In this document: positions 28,550 to 37,652 of the stretch, piece by piece
How positions within the stretch are numbered: the stretch's first letter is position 1
How the letters are laid out: each line of letters begins with the position of its first letter
Virus record (IMG/VR): IMGVR_UViG_3300045988_180190
Length of the DNA stretch: 64,000 nt
Source: a virus
Strand: one strand, 5' to 3'
Made by a program: the position numbers and the translations under genes
Notes under the pieces: model-generated
Told to the model about the DNA's origin: nothing
The model's database searches: none
What the model saw: the letters and a program-made list of their open reading frames with translations, nothing else

Positions 28550-29263
28550 CTACACCCTATACATAAAGTTAAAGTTAGGGCAAACAGAAAATAAAAGTTC
28601 AAACTCTGGGAAAATTTTTACCTTTTCTTCAGTCTGATCTTTTTGTGATACAGTCCATTTAATAAACTGCCATACAGCCATGGAAGCTACCATAGAAGAA
28701 GAGGCTCCCATCATTAGTTTAGTTCCACATTCACTAGTCTCAGCTTGGTCATCCGAGTACAGTGTCTTTTCCCAACGTGTTTGTCCGACTATGTCAGTAG
28801 GATTAAATGTATATACCCTACCTTGTGTTGCGGACAAGCGTGTCTCAACACATATTTTTGTTAACGAATATTTTAAGCAGTTTTCGTATATCTCCTTTCT
28901 TGATGCCATTGTGTCGGTTAATAGAAATACAACATCCCCTAAAGTACCTGTGGAGCTATCCACAAATTCTTTATGTGTTATAATGTCTATATCCGTTATT
29001 GATTTGATAAGTTGTTTTAGCGCTTCAACTTTTGGTTTCCCAACGTCTCCAACACCATACAACTGATTGGGAAGATTGTGGCTTTCCACCTCATCGTTAT
29101 CCCACACATGGATATTTTTTATACCCATTTTTGCTAACTGTAAAACGACATAGGAGCCAGTGGCACCAGCTCCTATAACGTCTATACGCAAATTTTTACT
29201 ATTGAATTGGTGCGGGTCAAGGAAGTGTGCTTGCCTTTCAAAATCAATTTGTTCAAAATTCAT
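28550..29263 (-). CDS. E1-like / ThiF-MoeB family adenylyltransferase (small, no E2 domain)
   Basis: Rossmann motif IDVIGAGATGSY. ThiF signature VWDNDEVESHNLPNQLY and GKPKVEAL. Candidate Cys in TSECGT. Confidence 0.85.
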   Translation of the reverse strand: MNFEQIDFERQAHFLDPHQFNSKNLRIDVIGAGATGSYVVLQLAKMGIKNIHVWDNDEVESHNLPNQLYGVGDVGKPKVEALKQLIKSITDIDIITHKEFVDSSTGTLGDVVFLLTDTMASRKEIYENCLKYSLTKICVETRLSATQGRVYTFNPTDIVGQTRWEKTLYSDDQAETSECGTKLMMGASSSMVASMAVWQFIKWTVSQKDQTEEKVKIFPEFELLFSVCPNFNFMYRV

Positions 29264-29266
29264 ATG

Positions 29267-30043
29267 TTATTTAAAAAACTCCTTATTTGTCAGTTTCCCT
29301 ATTTCTCTAGACTCTTCAGGTTGCTTTAATATAACTCCTTCGTCACAATTCGGTTTTTGATAATCTTTTGATAGTGCGTTATCGAAAGGGTGACCCCAGT
29401 GACTGCAATTACTGGATGCATCAGCCTTGTCCATATATGAAGAAGTTTTCCAACTCCCAATACTATAGTAACTTGGCTTGGGTTTTATCTCGGAAACTTT
29501 AGTCCTTATATCCTCAAGAATTTCCGTAATAGTTTCATCTGGAAGATTCCATTTTGTTTTAACCTCAAGATCTTCGTAAGCGATTCCATGTTCAAAATCA
29601 TAGAAATCTACTCTTATGTCTCCTCGTTTATTAAATATAGCCGCAATAAGATACGGTTTTGTTTTAAACGTTAGCGCATTACTTAAATCTTGTCCACTAG
29701 GGGACACTGACATATCTACGTGGGAATGACCCCAGAAGTTTAAAGAGTTTAATCGCTGCTTCTTCTGAGCATTTGTAAGCGTGTTATCTTGAATGATACT
29801 AGAGGTTAGCTCATTAAGACCTTCTGCCGACTGCTCAGTAGTTGTAGCACTACGCTCTTGCTTTGTAATAAATACATCCGTAATAACATATATCTCACTA
29901 TTGGGATTATGGGAAACACTTCCCATAAATCCAATTTCCATAGGCTCATGGTCCACAATGAACCTTATTTTTTCAAAAGCATGGGAATCAATATAAACTT
30001 TTGGTATAAAAAATTTTTCTGTATCAAGAATTTTTATATTCAT
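29267..30043 (-). CDS. JAB/MPN (JAMM) metallopeptidase
   Basis: Glu in EPMEIGFMG. HSHVDMSVSPSGQD matches HxHx7Sx2D exactly. There is a ~90-aa C-terminal extension. Confidence 0.85.
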   Translation of the reverse strand: MNIKILDTEKFFIPKVYIDSHAFEKIRFIVDHEPMEIGFMGSVSHNPNSEIYVITDVFITKQERSATTTEQSAEGLNELTSSIIQDNTLTNAQKKQRLNSLNFWGHSHVDMSVSPSGQDLSNALTFKTKPYLIAAIFNKRGDIRVDFYDFEHGIAYEDLEVKTKWNLPDETITEILEDIRTKVSEIKPKPSYYSIGSWKTSSYMDKADASSNCSHWGHPFDNALSKDYQKPNCDEGVILKQPEESREIGKLTNKEFFK

Positions 30044-30048
30044 AGTTA

Positions 30049-30612
30049 TTACTTTCCAGTTGATCCGAACCCACCCAAATTACGCTCACTTTTACTAAGT
30101 TCCCCATTACGCTGAAACTCTACGTGCACAGTGGGTTCAAACTTTACCTGTGCAATACGATCTCCCTTATGGTACGTCATTGGACGGTTACTGATTATAT
30201 ATTCGTCTACTGCACGTTTAAAAATAGATTTCCATCTCTTACACAAACCTATAGCTCCAGAGTCATTTAGATCTTGTGTTTTCGTTTTTTCGATTCCTAT
30301 TTTCAATGCATTTAGCATAGTAATCCCCGGTAATTTATAAAGCACTACACCCCATTCATTACGGTAGTCACTGTCAATAGTTCCAGCCTTTACAGTTACC
30401 CTGGAACCAACGGGCATTGAACTGCGCTCTAGCAATCTTGCCCCATACCCAGCTGGGATTTCTGTATGAAGACCCGTTTTTGCTATTACGAGTTCCCCAG
30501 GGAAGATTGTAACATCTTCCTCTAGGTATACATCAGCGCAATGGGCGCCTTTGGATTTATATTCGGGAGCTTTTGCAGCCCCAGTGTATTTTACAATAAT
30601 TTTTGTATCCAT
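30049..30612 (-). CDS. dut: trimeric dUTPase with an internal insertion
   Basis: Motifs GAHCADVYL, LLERSSM, GTIDSDYRNEWG, GDRIAQV, RNLGGFGSTGK. There is about 45 extra aa between motifs 3 and 4. Confidence 0.9.
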   Translation of the reverse strand: MDTKIIVKYTGAAKAPEYKSKGAHCADVYLEEDVTIFPGELVIAKTGLHTEIPAGYGARLLERSSMPVGSRVTVKAGTIDSDYRNEWGVVLYKLPGITMLNALKIGIEKTKTQDLNDSGAIGLCKRWKSIFKRAVDEYIISNRPMTYHKGDRIAQVKFEPTVHVEFQRNGELSKSERNLGGFGSTGK

Positions 30613-30645
30613 TTATATAGTATACGTTTAATGTTTCTATTTTTT

Positions 30646-31116
30646 TTAGAGTGAAAGCCCTAACTTTTCCTTACACACTTCATAAATTTCTTTTGTAATT
30701 TCAGTTACATCCAAAATTTTAAAGTAGTAAGAAGTTCCTTCTAAGTGAAAAAATCTATCACTATCCTCACTTATCACAATATTCAAAGTTTCTCCCCAAT
30801 CAAATTGGTCGTTTAAGATTTCCCATACACCTGTATCAGGTTCTTCGATAAACTCTTCTAAGGTAACAGTAGGAGGACTAAACACCGAAGAATCAAAGCA
30901 AATAACTTGCTTTCCTATAAAGACCAATTCGCTTGTGTCTACTTTTTCGGAGTATTCACCGGATATTTCCTTTATAGCATGTGCATTAGCCATACCCATC
31001 TCGTCTGACGTTGCTTCAGGCTCTTCTTCATAGTAAGAGTCTTCCCCATAGTCTTCAGGTTCTATCCATTGTTCTATCGCTACTAAGTAAAATTTCTTAT
31101 CATCCTCAGTATCCAT
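30646..31116 (-). CDS. acidic hypothetical protein
   Basis: ATG start, 156 aa, very Asp/Glu-rich. Confidence 0.6.
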   Translation of the reverse strand: MDTEDDKKFYLVAIEQWIEPEDYGEDSYYEEEPEATSDEMGMANAHAIKEISGEYSEKVDTSELVFIGKQVICFDSSVFSPPTVTLEEFIEEPDTGVWEILNDQFDWGETLNIVISEDSDRFFHLEGTSYYFKILDVTEITKEIYEVCKEKLGLSL

Positions 31117-31120
31117 AAGT

Positions 31121-32551
31121 TTATAGTTTAAAATTTTCTACATTCTCAAGTATATCTATAGTATATCCTAGATTTTTATATGCATTAAGTCTTAAGAAAG
31201 AATCTCTTACAACCATAGCATCACCACCCGCAGGATTACAGCTAGAAGTCGGTGTAAATAGAAAATCTATCATTATACCTTCTTTTTTATTCGGTTTGAT
31301 CTCTGCAAGTCTTCCTGGTTTTTGAGTAGCCATTATTCCGGCACCCCCGCCACAACAATTAATTTCACATCGCAATTCGTCAATAGTTACCCCAGTTGAA
31401 TATATGTTTGAGCAAATACATCTTTTTATTTCATTAGATTTCATTTTTGCAAACAAGTCATGACGCTCTTTTTTGTTCTTCATAAGTTTGTCCATAGCAA
31501 TAACACTTTGATTCACAAACGTTGATAGTGTTTCAGCTTGCTTGGAATTCTCAATAAAGACAAGCGTCTGGTAGTCTGCAGGAATTATATTGTTACAAAT
31601 ATTTCCAACTAAAGCATTAAATTCAGAATTTTGCTGTACTATATACTTATAAGCCAAGTCTCTCCTAGTATAATTCTTTGGGCTGAAAGGTACTTTTATC
31701 ATATACACGTGTATTGGACATAGTGCACCAAGTGCAACACACTCAGCATACGTGGTTTCAGATAAAATGGGACCCATGATTCCGGTAATAAGAATATCTT
31801 CCCCTCCCCAGCGACCATCAGTAGTGGCTCCAAACCCCAATATTCTGGCATTGGAAAATCTTGGGAAAAAAGGTGCTCTACTTTCGGTGACTGCAGCATG
31901 GGGCTCATCTACTAAAACTAATTTTGTATTTTCAAAATCTAGTTTATGCATTGAGTCCAAAGAGCATACCGTAATATCTTCAGAGGGGTACTTATTTTTA
32001 CATCCCGTAAACAATCCCTTTACTTCACGCCCAGGACAACATTGTCGAATGGTATCCATTGTCTGCGGGAGTAGGTCAATTCCGGGGGCTAGCACTACAG
32101 TTGAAACCCCCGGAAACGCGTTAATAGTATTTGTGATTAACCTGGTCTTTCCATAACGAGTTGGACATTTAAATAATCCGCTTCGATTTTTATCCAAACC
32201 TTTTTTAAGCACTTCTTCTTGATTGAACCTTAATCCTCCTAGTTTATCGTATTGTGGCTTTGGAAACGGAGCTCTTTTGTCTATAACAACACACTCAGGA
32301 TAGTCTTTCCGTACTATATCAACTACCGTATCAAGCATGCCTTGAAATGTTTGATAGATGATTGTCCCATTCTTAGAATCTGGCACGCAATTAAATATGT
32401 GTTTAGTTGTCTTTCGCGTGATTCTTTTTCTTTGTGCCGGATTATAGACTAAATCTTTTTTTGTGTACTTTAAGCTAGCTTCCAGTTCTCTGTTACGCTT
32501 GGGAAGTTTTACAACTAGATCATTGTTAGTCCAAATAATTTCACCACACAT
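31121..32551 (-). CDS. SF2 DEAD/DEAH-box helicase (DExH)
   Basis: Walker A FKCPTRYGKTRL, DExH box LVLVDEPHAA, helicase C-like second half. Confidence 0.8.
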   Translation of the reverse strand: MCGEIIWTNNDLVVKLPKRNRELEASLKYTKKDLVYNPAQRKRITRKTTKHIFNCVPDSKNGTIIYQTFQGMLDTVVDIVRKDYPECVVIDKRAPFPKPQYDKLGGLRFNQEEVLKKGLDKNRSGLFKCPTRYGKTRLITNTINAFPGVSTVVLAPGIDLLPQTMDTIRQCCPGREVKGLFTGCKNKYPSEDITVCSLDSMHKLDFENTKLVLVDEPHAAVTESRAPFFPRFSNARILGFGATTDGRWGGEDILITGIMGPILSETTYAECVALGALCPIHVYMIKVPFSPKNYTRRDLAYKYIVQQNSEFNALVGNICNNIIPADYQTLVFIENSKQAETLSTFVNQSVIAMDKLMKNKKERHDLFAKMKSNEIKRCICSNIYSTGVTIDELRCEINCCGGGAGIMATQKPGRLAEIKPNKKEGIMIDFLFTPTSSCNPAGGDAMVVRDSFLRLNAYKNLGYTIDILENVENFKL

Positions 32552-32760
32552 ACAATGTCCTTTGCACTATTCTTATTTGCTGCCTTCTGCTGATTACTTT
32601 GAGGATTTGAAACGTCTAAAAAAGGGTTAACCCTCGCATGTTCCACCATTTTCAGGCAGGTGTTTTTTACAGCCTTTTGAACAGCTTCTTGCATAAACTT
32701 ATCTTGTTTCATTTTATTTATATCGTTATAGTTGTGAGAATTATTTATTAGTATTATCAT
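32515..32760 (-). CDS. small hypothetical protein
   Basis: The track ORF starts at a TTG. An ATG (MIILINNSH) is at 32760. It overlaps the helicase start by 37 nt. Confidence 0.35.
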   Translation of the reverse strand: MIILINNSHNYNDINKMKQDKFMQEAVQKAVKNTCLKMVEHARVNPFLDVSNPQSNQQKAANKNSAKDIVCVVKLFGLTMI

Positions 32761-32764
32761 TTTC

Positions 32765-33187
32765 TTATAATATTGAGAATGTTCCAAATTTTAGTTTACT
32801 TCCAAATTGTGATACTCCTATTTTGGTGCATACCTGACATACGCTATCAAGGATGAATTGCGGTGTCAGTATACCTTTAGGAGTAAACTCAATGGAAAGT
32901 TTGCCGATAGTATTTTCGCTTATAGTTTCAAATTTTTGCGTGTGTCCATTTATATTAATTTCTTGTATTTTAAAGTTGCATATATTTTTTAGTTTTAATC
33001 CTGATGAAATATTTACATATTTCAAAGAAGGATGAACGCTGTAAAAGTAATCGAGAAATTGATCCAGGAATAATTTTACTTCTTTTTTTTCTATATTTTT
33101 GAATAGAATGGGTCTAACTCCCAATTCATTTACAGCGCCACTGCCTAAAAATACACTGTCCAGCTTTATACGTGGTGTTATTATCAT
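32765..33187 (-). CDS. hypothetical protein
   Basis: ATG start, 140 aa, tightly packed. Confidence 0.55.
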   Translation of the reverse strand: MIITPRIKLDSVFLGSGAVNELGVRPILFKNIEKKEVKLFLDQFLDYFYSVHPSLKYVNISSGLKLKNICNFKIQEININGHTQKFETISENTIGKLSIEFTPKGILTPQFILDSVCQVCTKIGVSQFGSKLKFGTFSIL

Positions 33188-33207
33188 TGTAATACATAAA
33201 TAAATTA

Positions 33208-35808
33208 CTAAAGTTTTATTGCCGTAGTAAAAGCTGTGTCAATGATACTATTATGATCAACAATCCACACCTGACCACCTTGACCCATGAGCATATTTCC
33301 GATATTTTCCAAAAGCTCTCCGAGTGCACGAATGGATTCTTTATCCAAGTGGGTTGTGGGTTCATCCAGTACCAGGAATCCTAAATCTGGGCATATAATT
33401 CTCTGAATGGCTAATTGAAAAGCTATAGATAATTTTATTTTTTGACCCCCAGATAATTGATACATTGGATACCAATACTTATCTCCAGGTTTATCAGTGC
33501 GCTGGAACTTAAACGATAAGTCTTCCTCAGAGGCGCGATCTTCTATTTGTATAATAAAATTAGCATTCATATAAGCCAAATATTCGGATATATATCCTGA
33601 AATTGACTTAAACAAATAGTTTATATAGTTTTTAATCACACCATCTTGAGGCTGTAGTAGTTGTTTGATTCGTGATAGTTCTTCTATATCACTATATGCT
33701 TTTGCGTTAGATGCTTCAAGTTTAGCAATCAAAGCTTTATCACTCTCGATTTGTTTTTCTAGATTCTGAATAACTTGATGTTCCGCTTGGAGTTGTCTGT
33801 ATGTTTCCATTGCCGCAGAAGCAATTTGCCCAACTTCAGAAACTGAGATGAATTGATTAAAGGTTTCTAGAACATAAGCTAGCTTAATATCACCTTCTAT
33901 ACTTGACCGAATTTGCATTAATTTATGCGTGCGAATACTATCATTTATTTGGGTAATATTCTTTTTTATATCTTCTAAAGAATGTTCCTGCGTGGATTTT
34001 GACGATTTGAGTTCTGTCAATTTTAGCAGGATGTTCTTGTAAGATTCTATTTTACCCTGTGTTTCGCGTAAGCTCAATCCAAGTGCAGCAATATCCCCGT
34101 CTAGTGACTCAATACTAAAATGCTCTACGTCTCCCACACCCATAGAGCGTAAAGACTCAATACTCTGCTGTACCGAAGTACTTAGAGGAGTAACCTGATT
34201 CTTTTCCCAAAGTGTTGAGTAATAGGGTAACTTAGATTTTATTTCCGTATAATTGGAAATAATATTATTATATTGTTGTCCAATTATATTTTCATTAATG
34301 GTCTTTGTAAGATTTTCTTGTTTACTCTTATGCTCATTTTCTTGTGTCTCAAGGTCACTTAGTTTTTGCTTATTGAATCTTATAGTACCTTCACATTGCG
34401 CTTTAATAGAAGTTAATTCGTTTAGTTGTTTAGTTATTGCAGGGAGTTCATTGGTTGTGATATGATCAATATTTTTATCAATCTCCGTTATATCCCCGTC
34501 GCAAACTTCTTGACCCAACATTAGTTTCAATCCACATATAGGACAACTTGCGGTATCTTTATTTACTTTATTTTTTAGCTTAAGCTTTGTTTGCTTTAAT
34601 GCATTTAGCTGAGACACCACTGTATTATGAACCGTCCTTTTCTGCTCTAGAGAAGTTATTGTAGGAATAATTTCTTTAATTCTAGCTTCAGAGGATTCTA
34701 TGCTATGAGCACAATTTTCTTTATCTTTACTTATTTGGTCTATCTTTTCCTTACAACGTTGAAGCTCCAAAGTAGCCGAAGTAGTGAGATCATATTTAGC
34801 GATAACATCCTTAACTTCATTAGGCGGAAATTCATAGAAAACTGTATCTCTTAATTGTTCAAATTGCTTTACGTCATTCCAAGCATTTTTTAAATTAGAC
34901 CAAGTGCTTTTAATGATTTCTTTATTCTGCAGTAAAGCATAACTTTGATTGAGATTTTTCTCCTCTTCTTCCAATTTTGAAGTTGCAATTTTGATCGCTT
35001 CTTCCTCATCTTCAGATCCTAGGTCTTTAGCTGTAAGTAAGAAGTTCTTTCTTATCTCAGCAAGCTTTTCCATTCCTGCTTGCAAGGAAGATTCCCATCG
35101 AGCATGCTCCGACTGTTTGTGTACATAGTCAGTCACCGCCTCAGAAATTTGTTTTACGAAGTCCTCATCTACATATCTCATATTAGCTTCTTGGATATTC
35201 TTTTCCCAGGTGTCAGTTTTGGCACTTAATTCGCTAAGTTTTACCTCGAGATTATTTTTGAAGCTTCCAACATCAGTAACTGAAGAACGCAGTTTGGTTA
35301 ACACCTGATCTACAGCATATGATCTCTTGGAAAGAAAATTCAAATTCAATAATTTCGAAAATAGACTTAATCTTTCAGATAAACGGGGACTGAGAATATT
35401 TGCAATTTCCCCTTGTGATATGAATATTGCACTCAAGATATTTTGCTTGTCCACCCCCAAAATCTGATCCATCATTAGGTCAAATTCTTTTGCCTTTGTT
35501 ATGGGCTTCTTTTGGTCTCCGTATACAAGGCTGCGAGTGGTACCCTTCTGTGTGATTCCTCTTTTTATAATACCCTCTTTACCATTCTTTTCAAAAATAC
35601 ATTCTATTTCAGCAGAAGCCTCACCTTTCTTAATGTAAGTTTGAATATTGTTAGTTGTATCCCCCGTAAAGGCATACTGTAGGGCTGTTACAATAGTGGA
35701 TTTTCCAGATCCATTTTTGCCAACAATACCCACAATGGGTCCATTAATCTGTAACTCCATGTTGGAATGTTGTCCAAAATTCTTTAATTTTAGAGTTTTA
35801 ATGATCAT
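33208..35808 (-). CDS. sbcC: SbcC/Rad50-like (gp46-type) recombination ATPase
   Basis: Walker A GKNGSGKST, long coiled coils with zinc hook CPICG, signature LSGGQK, Walker B LVLDEPTTHLD. Confidence 0.9.
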   Translation of the reverse strand: MIIKTLKLKNFGQHSNMELQINGPIVGIVGKNGSGKSTIVTALQYAFTGDTTNNIQTYIKKGEASAEIECIFEKNGKEGIIKRGITQKGTTRSLVYGDQKKPITKAKEFDLMMDQILGVDKQNILSAIFISQGEIANILSPRLSERLSLFSKLLNLNFLSKRSYAVDQVLTKLRSSVTDVGSFKNNLEVKLSELSAKTDTWEKNIQEANMRYVDEDFVKQISEAVTDYVHKQSEHARWESSLQAGMEKLAEIRKNFLLTAKDLGSEDEEEAIKIATSKLEEEEKNLNQSYALLQNKEIIKSTWSNLKNAWNDVKQFEQLRDTVFYEFPPNEVKDVIAKYDLTTSATLELQRCKEKIDQISKDKENCAHSIESSEARIKEIIPTITSLEQKRTVHNTVVSQLNALKQTKLKLKNKVNKDTASCPICGLKLMLGQEVCDGDITEIDKNIDHITTNELPAITKQLNELTSIKAQCEGTIRFNKQKLSDLETQENEHKSKQENLTKTINENIIGQQYNNIISNYTEIKSKLPYYSTLWEKNQVTPLSTSVQQSIESLRSMGVGDVEHFSIESLDGDIAALGLSLRETQGKIESYKNILLKLTELKSSKSTQEHSLEDIKKNITQINDSIRTHKLMQIRSSIEGDIKLAYVLETFNQFISVSEVGQIASAAMETYRQLQAEHQVIQNLEKQIESDKALIAKLEASNAKAYSDIEELSRIKQLLQPQDGVIKNYINYLFKSISGYISEYLAYMNANFIIQIEDRASEEDLSFKFQRTDKPGDKYWYPMYQLSGGQKIKLSIAFQLAIQRIICPDLGFLVLDEPTTHLDKESIRALGELLENIGNMLMGQGGQVWIVDHNSIIDTAFTTAIKL

Positions 35809-35848
35809 AATATGTTCGTGTTATATTAAAATTAGCGCGTTAGTGTTA

Positions 35849-36106
35849 CTATTTTACTAATAATACTTGGTATGTATAATTAGCTATATCAAACTCCAGT
35901 GGATTATAATGCTCAACCTCCCATAATGCGTTAGGTAAAAAGAATTCTTTTAATTCTTTTTCTTTAGGCAGAGTCATTCCTCCAAAAAAATGAATTCCTT
36001 TTGTGCTAAGATTTTTAATCTTTATTATATATCTTGGATTTTCAATTATTTCTTTAGGGAATTGGATATGCCTATATACACTTATGTCGTCAACAATTTT
36101 TGCCAT
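35849..36106 (-). CDS. small hypothetical protein
   Basis: The track start is a TTG. An ATG (MAKIVDD) is at 36106. Confidence 0.5.
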   Translation of the reverse strand: MAKIVDDISVYRHIQFPKEIIENPRYIIKIKNLSTKGIHFFGGMTLPKEKELKEFFLPNALWEVEHYNPLEFDIANYTYQVLLVK

Positions 36107-36125
36107 GCCCAATGCCCCTCAACTA

Positions 36126-36731
36126 CTATGTTTTAAATTGTGTATCTAAAAATACCCTAAATAAATCCAAAGCCTTCAAGACTTGATTCGCACTTATAAG
36201 CCCTTTAAACGATGAGTCATCGGTTTTCGTAATAAGCCTTAATGCAATGGTTGTGACAGCTTGCTTAAACCCATTTATAGTTAAAGCATAATATCCTAGA
36301 AATACCTTACGATCTTTGTTTCCAGAATACCATAATGCAAAATTGTGTGGATCAAATTTTGTAAGTGTATAATTTTCGAATTGAAATAAACTTTTACCCA
36401 CTTCCATTTTTGGAAGAATTGACGTAAGAGATTTTTGCGTCTTCTTCTTATCAGTTATAACCTCAGAAGTCTCCTGTAATTGTGTGTCTCTGAGAATTTC
36501 AACTTTTGTCCTACGTTTTCTTTTAGGTTTGTCGTTTTCTGATTTTAGATCAGATATTTTTTTAGCAATATTTTTATTGCTCGATAATTCCGTTATTTGA
36601 GATACAATTGGAATTTTACTTTTTACTGAGGGTTTTCTTCCACGCTTTTTAGGCGTGGAAGATTTAACTATTTCATTCTCAATTACTTGTTTTAATTTTG
36701 GTTTATTTTTTGAGCCTTTAGGTCGAGGCAT
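36126..36731 (-). CDS. AT-hook DNA-binding protein, function unknown
   Basis: N-terminus has PRPKGSKNKPK and KKRGRKPSVK. The N half is basic. Confidence 0.55.
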   Translation of the reverse strand: MPRPKGSKNKPKLKQVIENEIVKSSTPKKRGRKPSVKSKIPIVSQITELSSNKNIAKKISDLKSENDKPKRKRRTKVEILRDTQLQETSEVITDKKKTQKSLTSILPKMEVGKSLFQFENYTLTKFDPHNFALWYSGNKDRKVFLGYYALTINGFKQAVTTIALRLITKTDDSSFKGLISANQVLKALDLFRVFLDTQFKT

Positions 36732-36734
36732 AAA

Positions 36735-37652
36735 TTAAATCCTTTCTGATATGGCAAATATTAAGAAAGTTTCAAATACAGGATAAAGCACATGTATGCC
36801 CTTTAGAATATCATTCGATAAATCTGCCTGGTCAATACCTTCTTGATATTTCTTTTTGAACTCAACAAACTCTTCAGGAGTCACATTTTCATAGGCAATA
36901 GCATTTTCTAATTTTTTGTTTAGTGGCATAGTAGCATATTTACTTGCTTCCGCAGATAGACATAGCGTACCTTGTAAAAGACTTAATGAAAATGCAAGTT
37001 GTCGCAATGAAGTCCTTTTTCCAGAAGAGTACCTATTGCAATGCCACATTTCCGAAAGATCCACTATTTGAATATTTGCTTCTATATTTGTAGTTCTAAG
37101 CCTATTGTGGAGGTATATGGATTCCATAGTAGGAATAACTTGCTGAGTATAAACTTCTTGAACACCCAATATTGCGCTACGTTGTAGTAAATAAGGTATA
37201 TCAAAGTAAGATCCTCCCCAGGTAATTAGATACACGGGAGTTGTGGCTTGAATAACGGAAGGTGCTAATTCTGCGCATGTTTGATAGAATGACTTTAGAA
37301 GTAACGATTCTTGGGAGTCCTTTTCTTGCTCACTCATATTATCTTCCATAGTCGAATTCCATGAGCACCAACTAAAATCATTATTACCCCAAGACACAAC
37401 TCCTAGAGATATTGCTATAACTCTTCCAGTAACAGCTTCAAGAGCTCCATCATTTAATGATTTCAATTTTGCAGCTTGAATTTTTTCCAGAATCTTGTCA
37501 GGATCTTTCAAATTACCAACTGCTACAGACTTTTCATCAAACGGAAAACTTCTGGAATAATCTGTGGAAGTTTTAATTTTTAGTATTATTTCTTTGATAT
37601 TGCCTGGATGGTTTTGTACACTAAAATTAGAGGAACTGTTAAAATATATCAT
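36735..37652 (-). CDS. hypothetical protein
   Basis: 305 aa, ATG start, 4-nt overlap with the upstream sbcD-like gene. Confidence 0.55.
   Translation of the reverse strand: MIYFNSSSNFSVQNHPGNIKEIILKIKTSTDYSRSFPFDEKSVAVGNLKDPDKILEKIQAAKLKSLNDGALEAVTGRVIAISLGVVSWGNNDFSWCSWNSTMEDNMSEQEKDSQESLLLKSFYQTCAELAPSVIQATTPVYLITWGGSYFDIPYLLQRSAILGVQEVYTQQVIPTMESIYLHNRLRTTNIEANIQIVDLSEMWHCNRYSSGKRTSLRQLAFSLSLLQGTLCLSAEASKYATMPLNKKLENAIAYENVTPEEFVEFKKKYQEGIDQADLSNDILKGIHVLYPVFETFLIFAISERI

Noticed and set aside
36735-37652. PolB-exonuclease-like 3'-5' exonuclease call for the 305-aa protein
   Set aside because: A segment (ITWGGSYFDIPYL) resembles that family. However, I could not find the N-terminal DxE acidic motif where expected (VIAISLGVV), so I left it as hypothetical.
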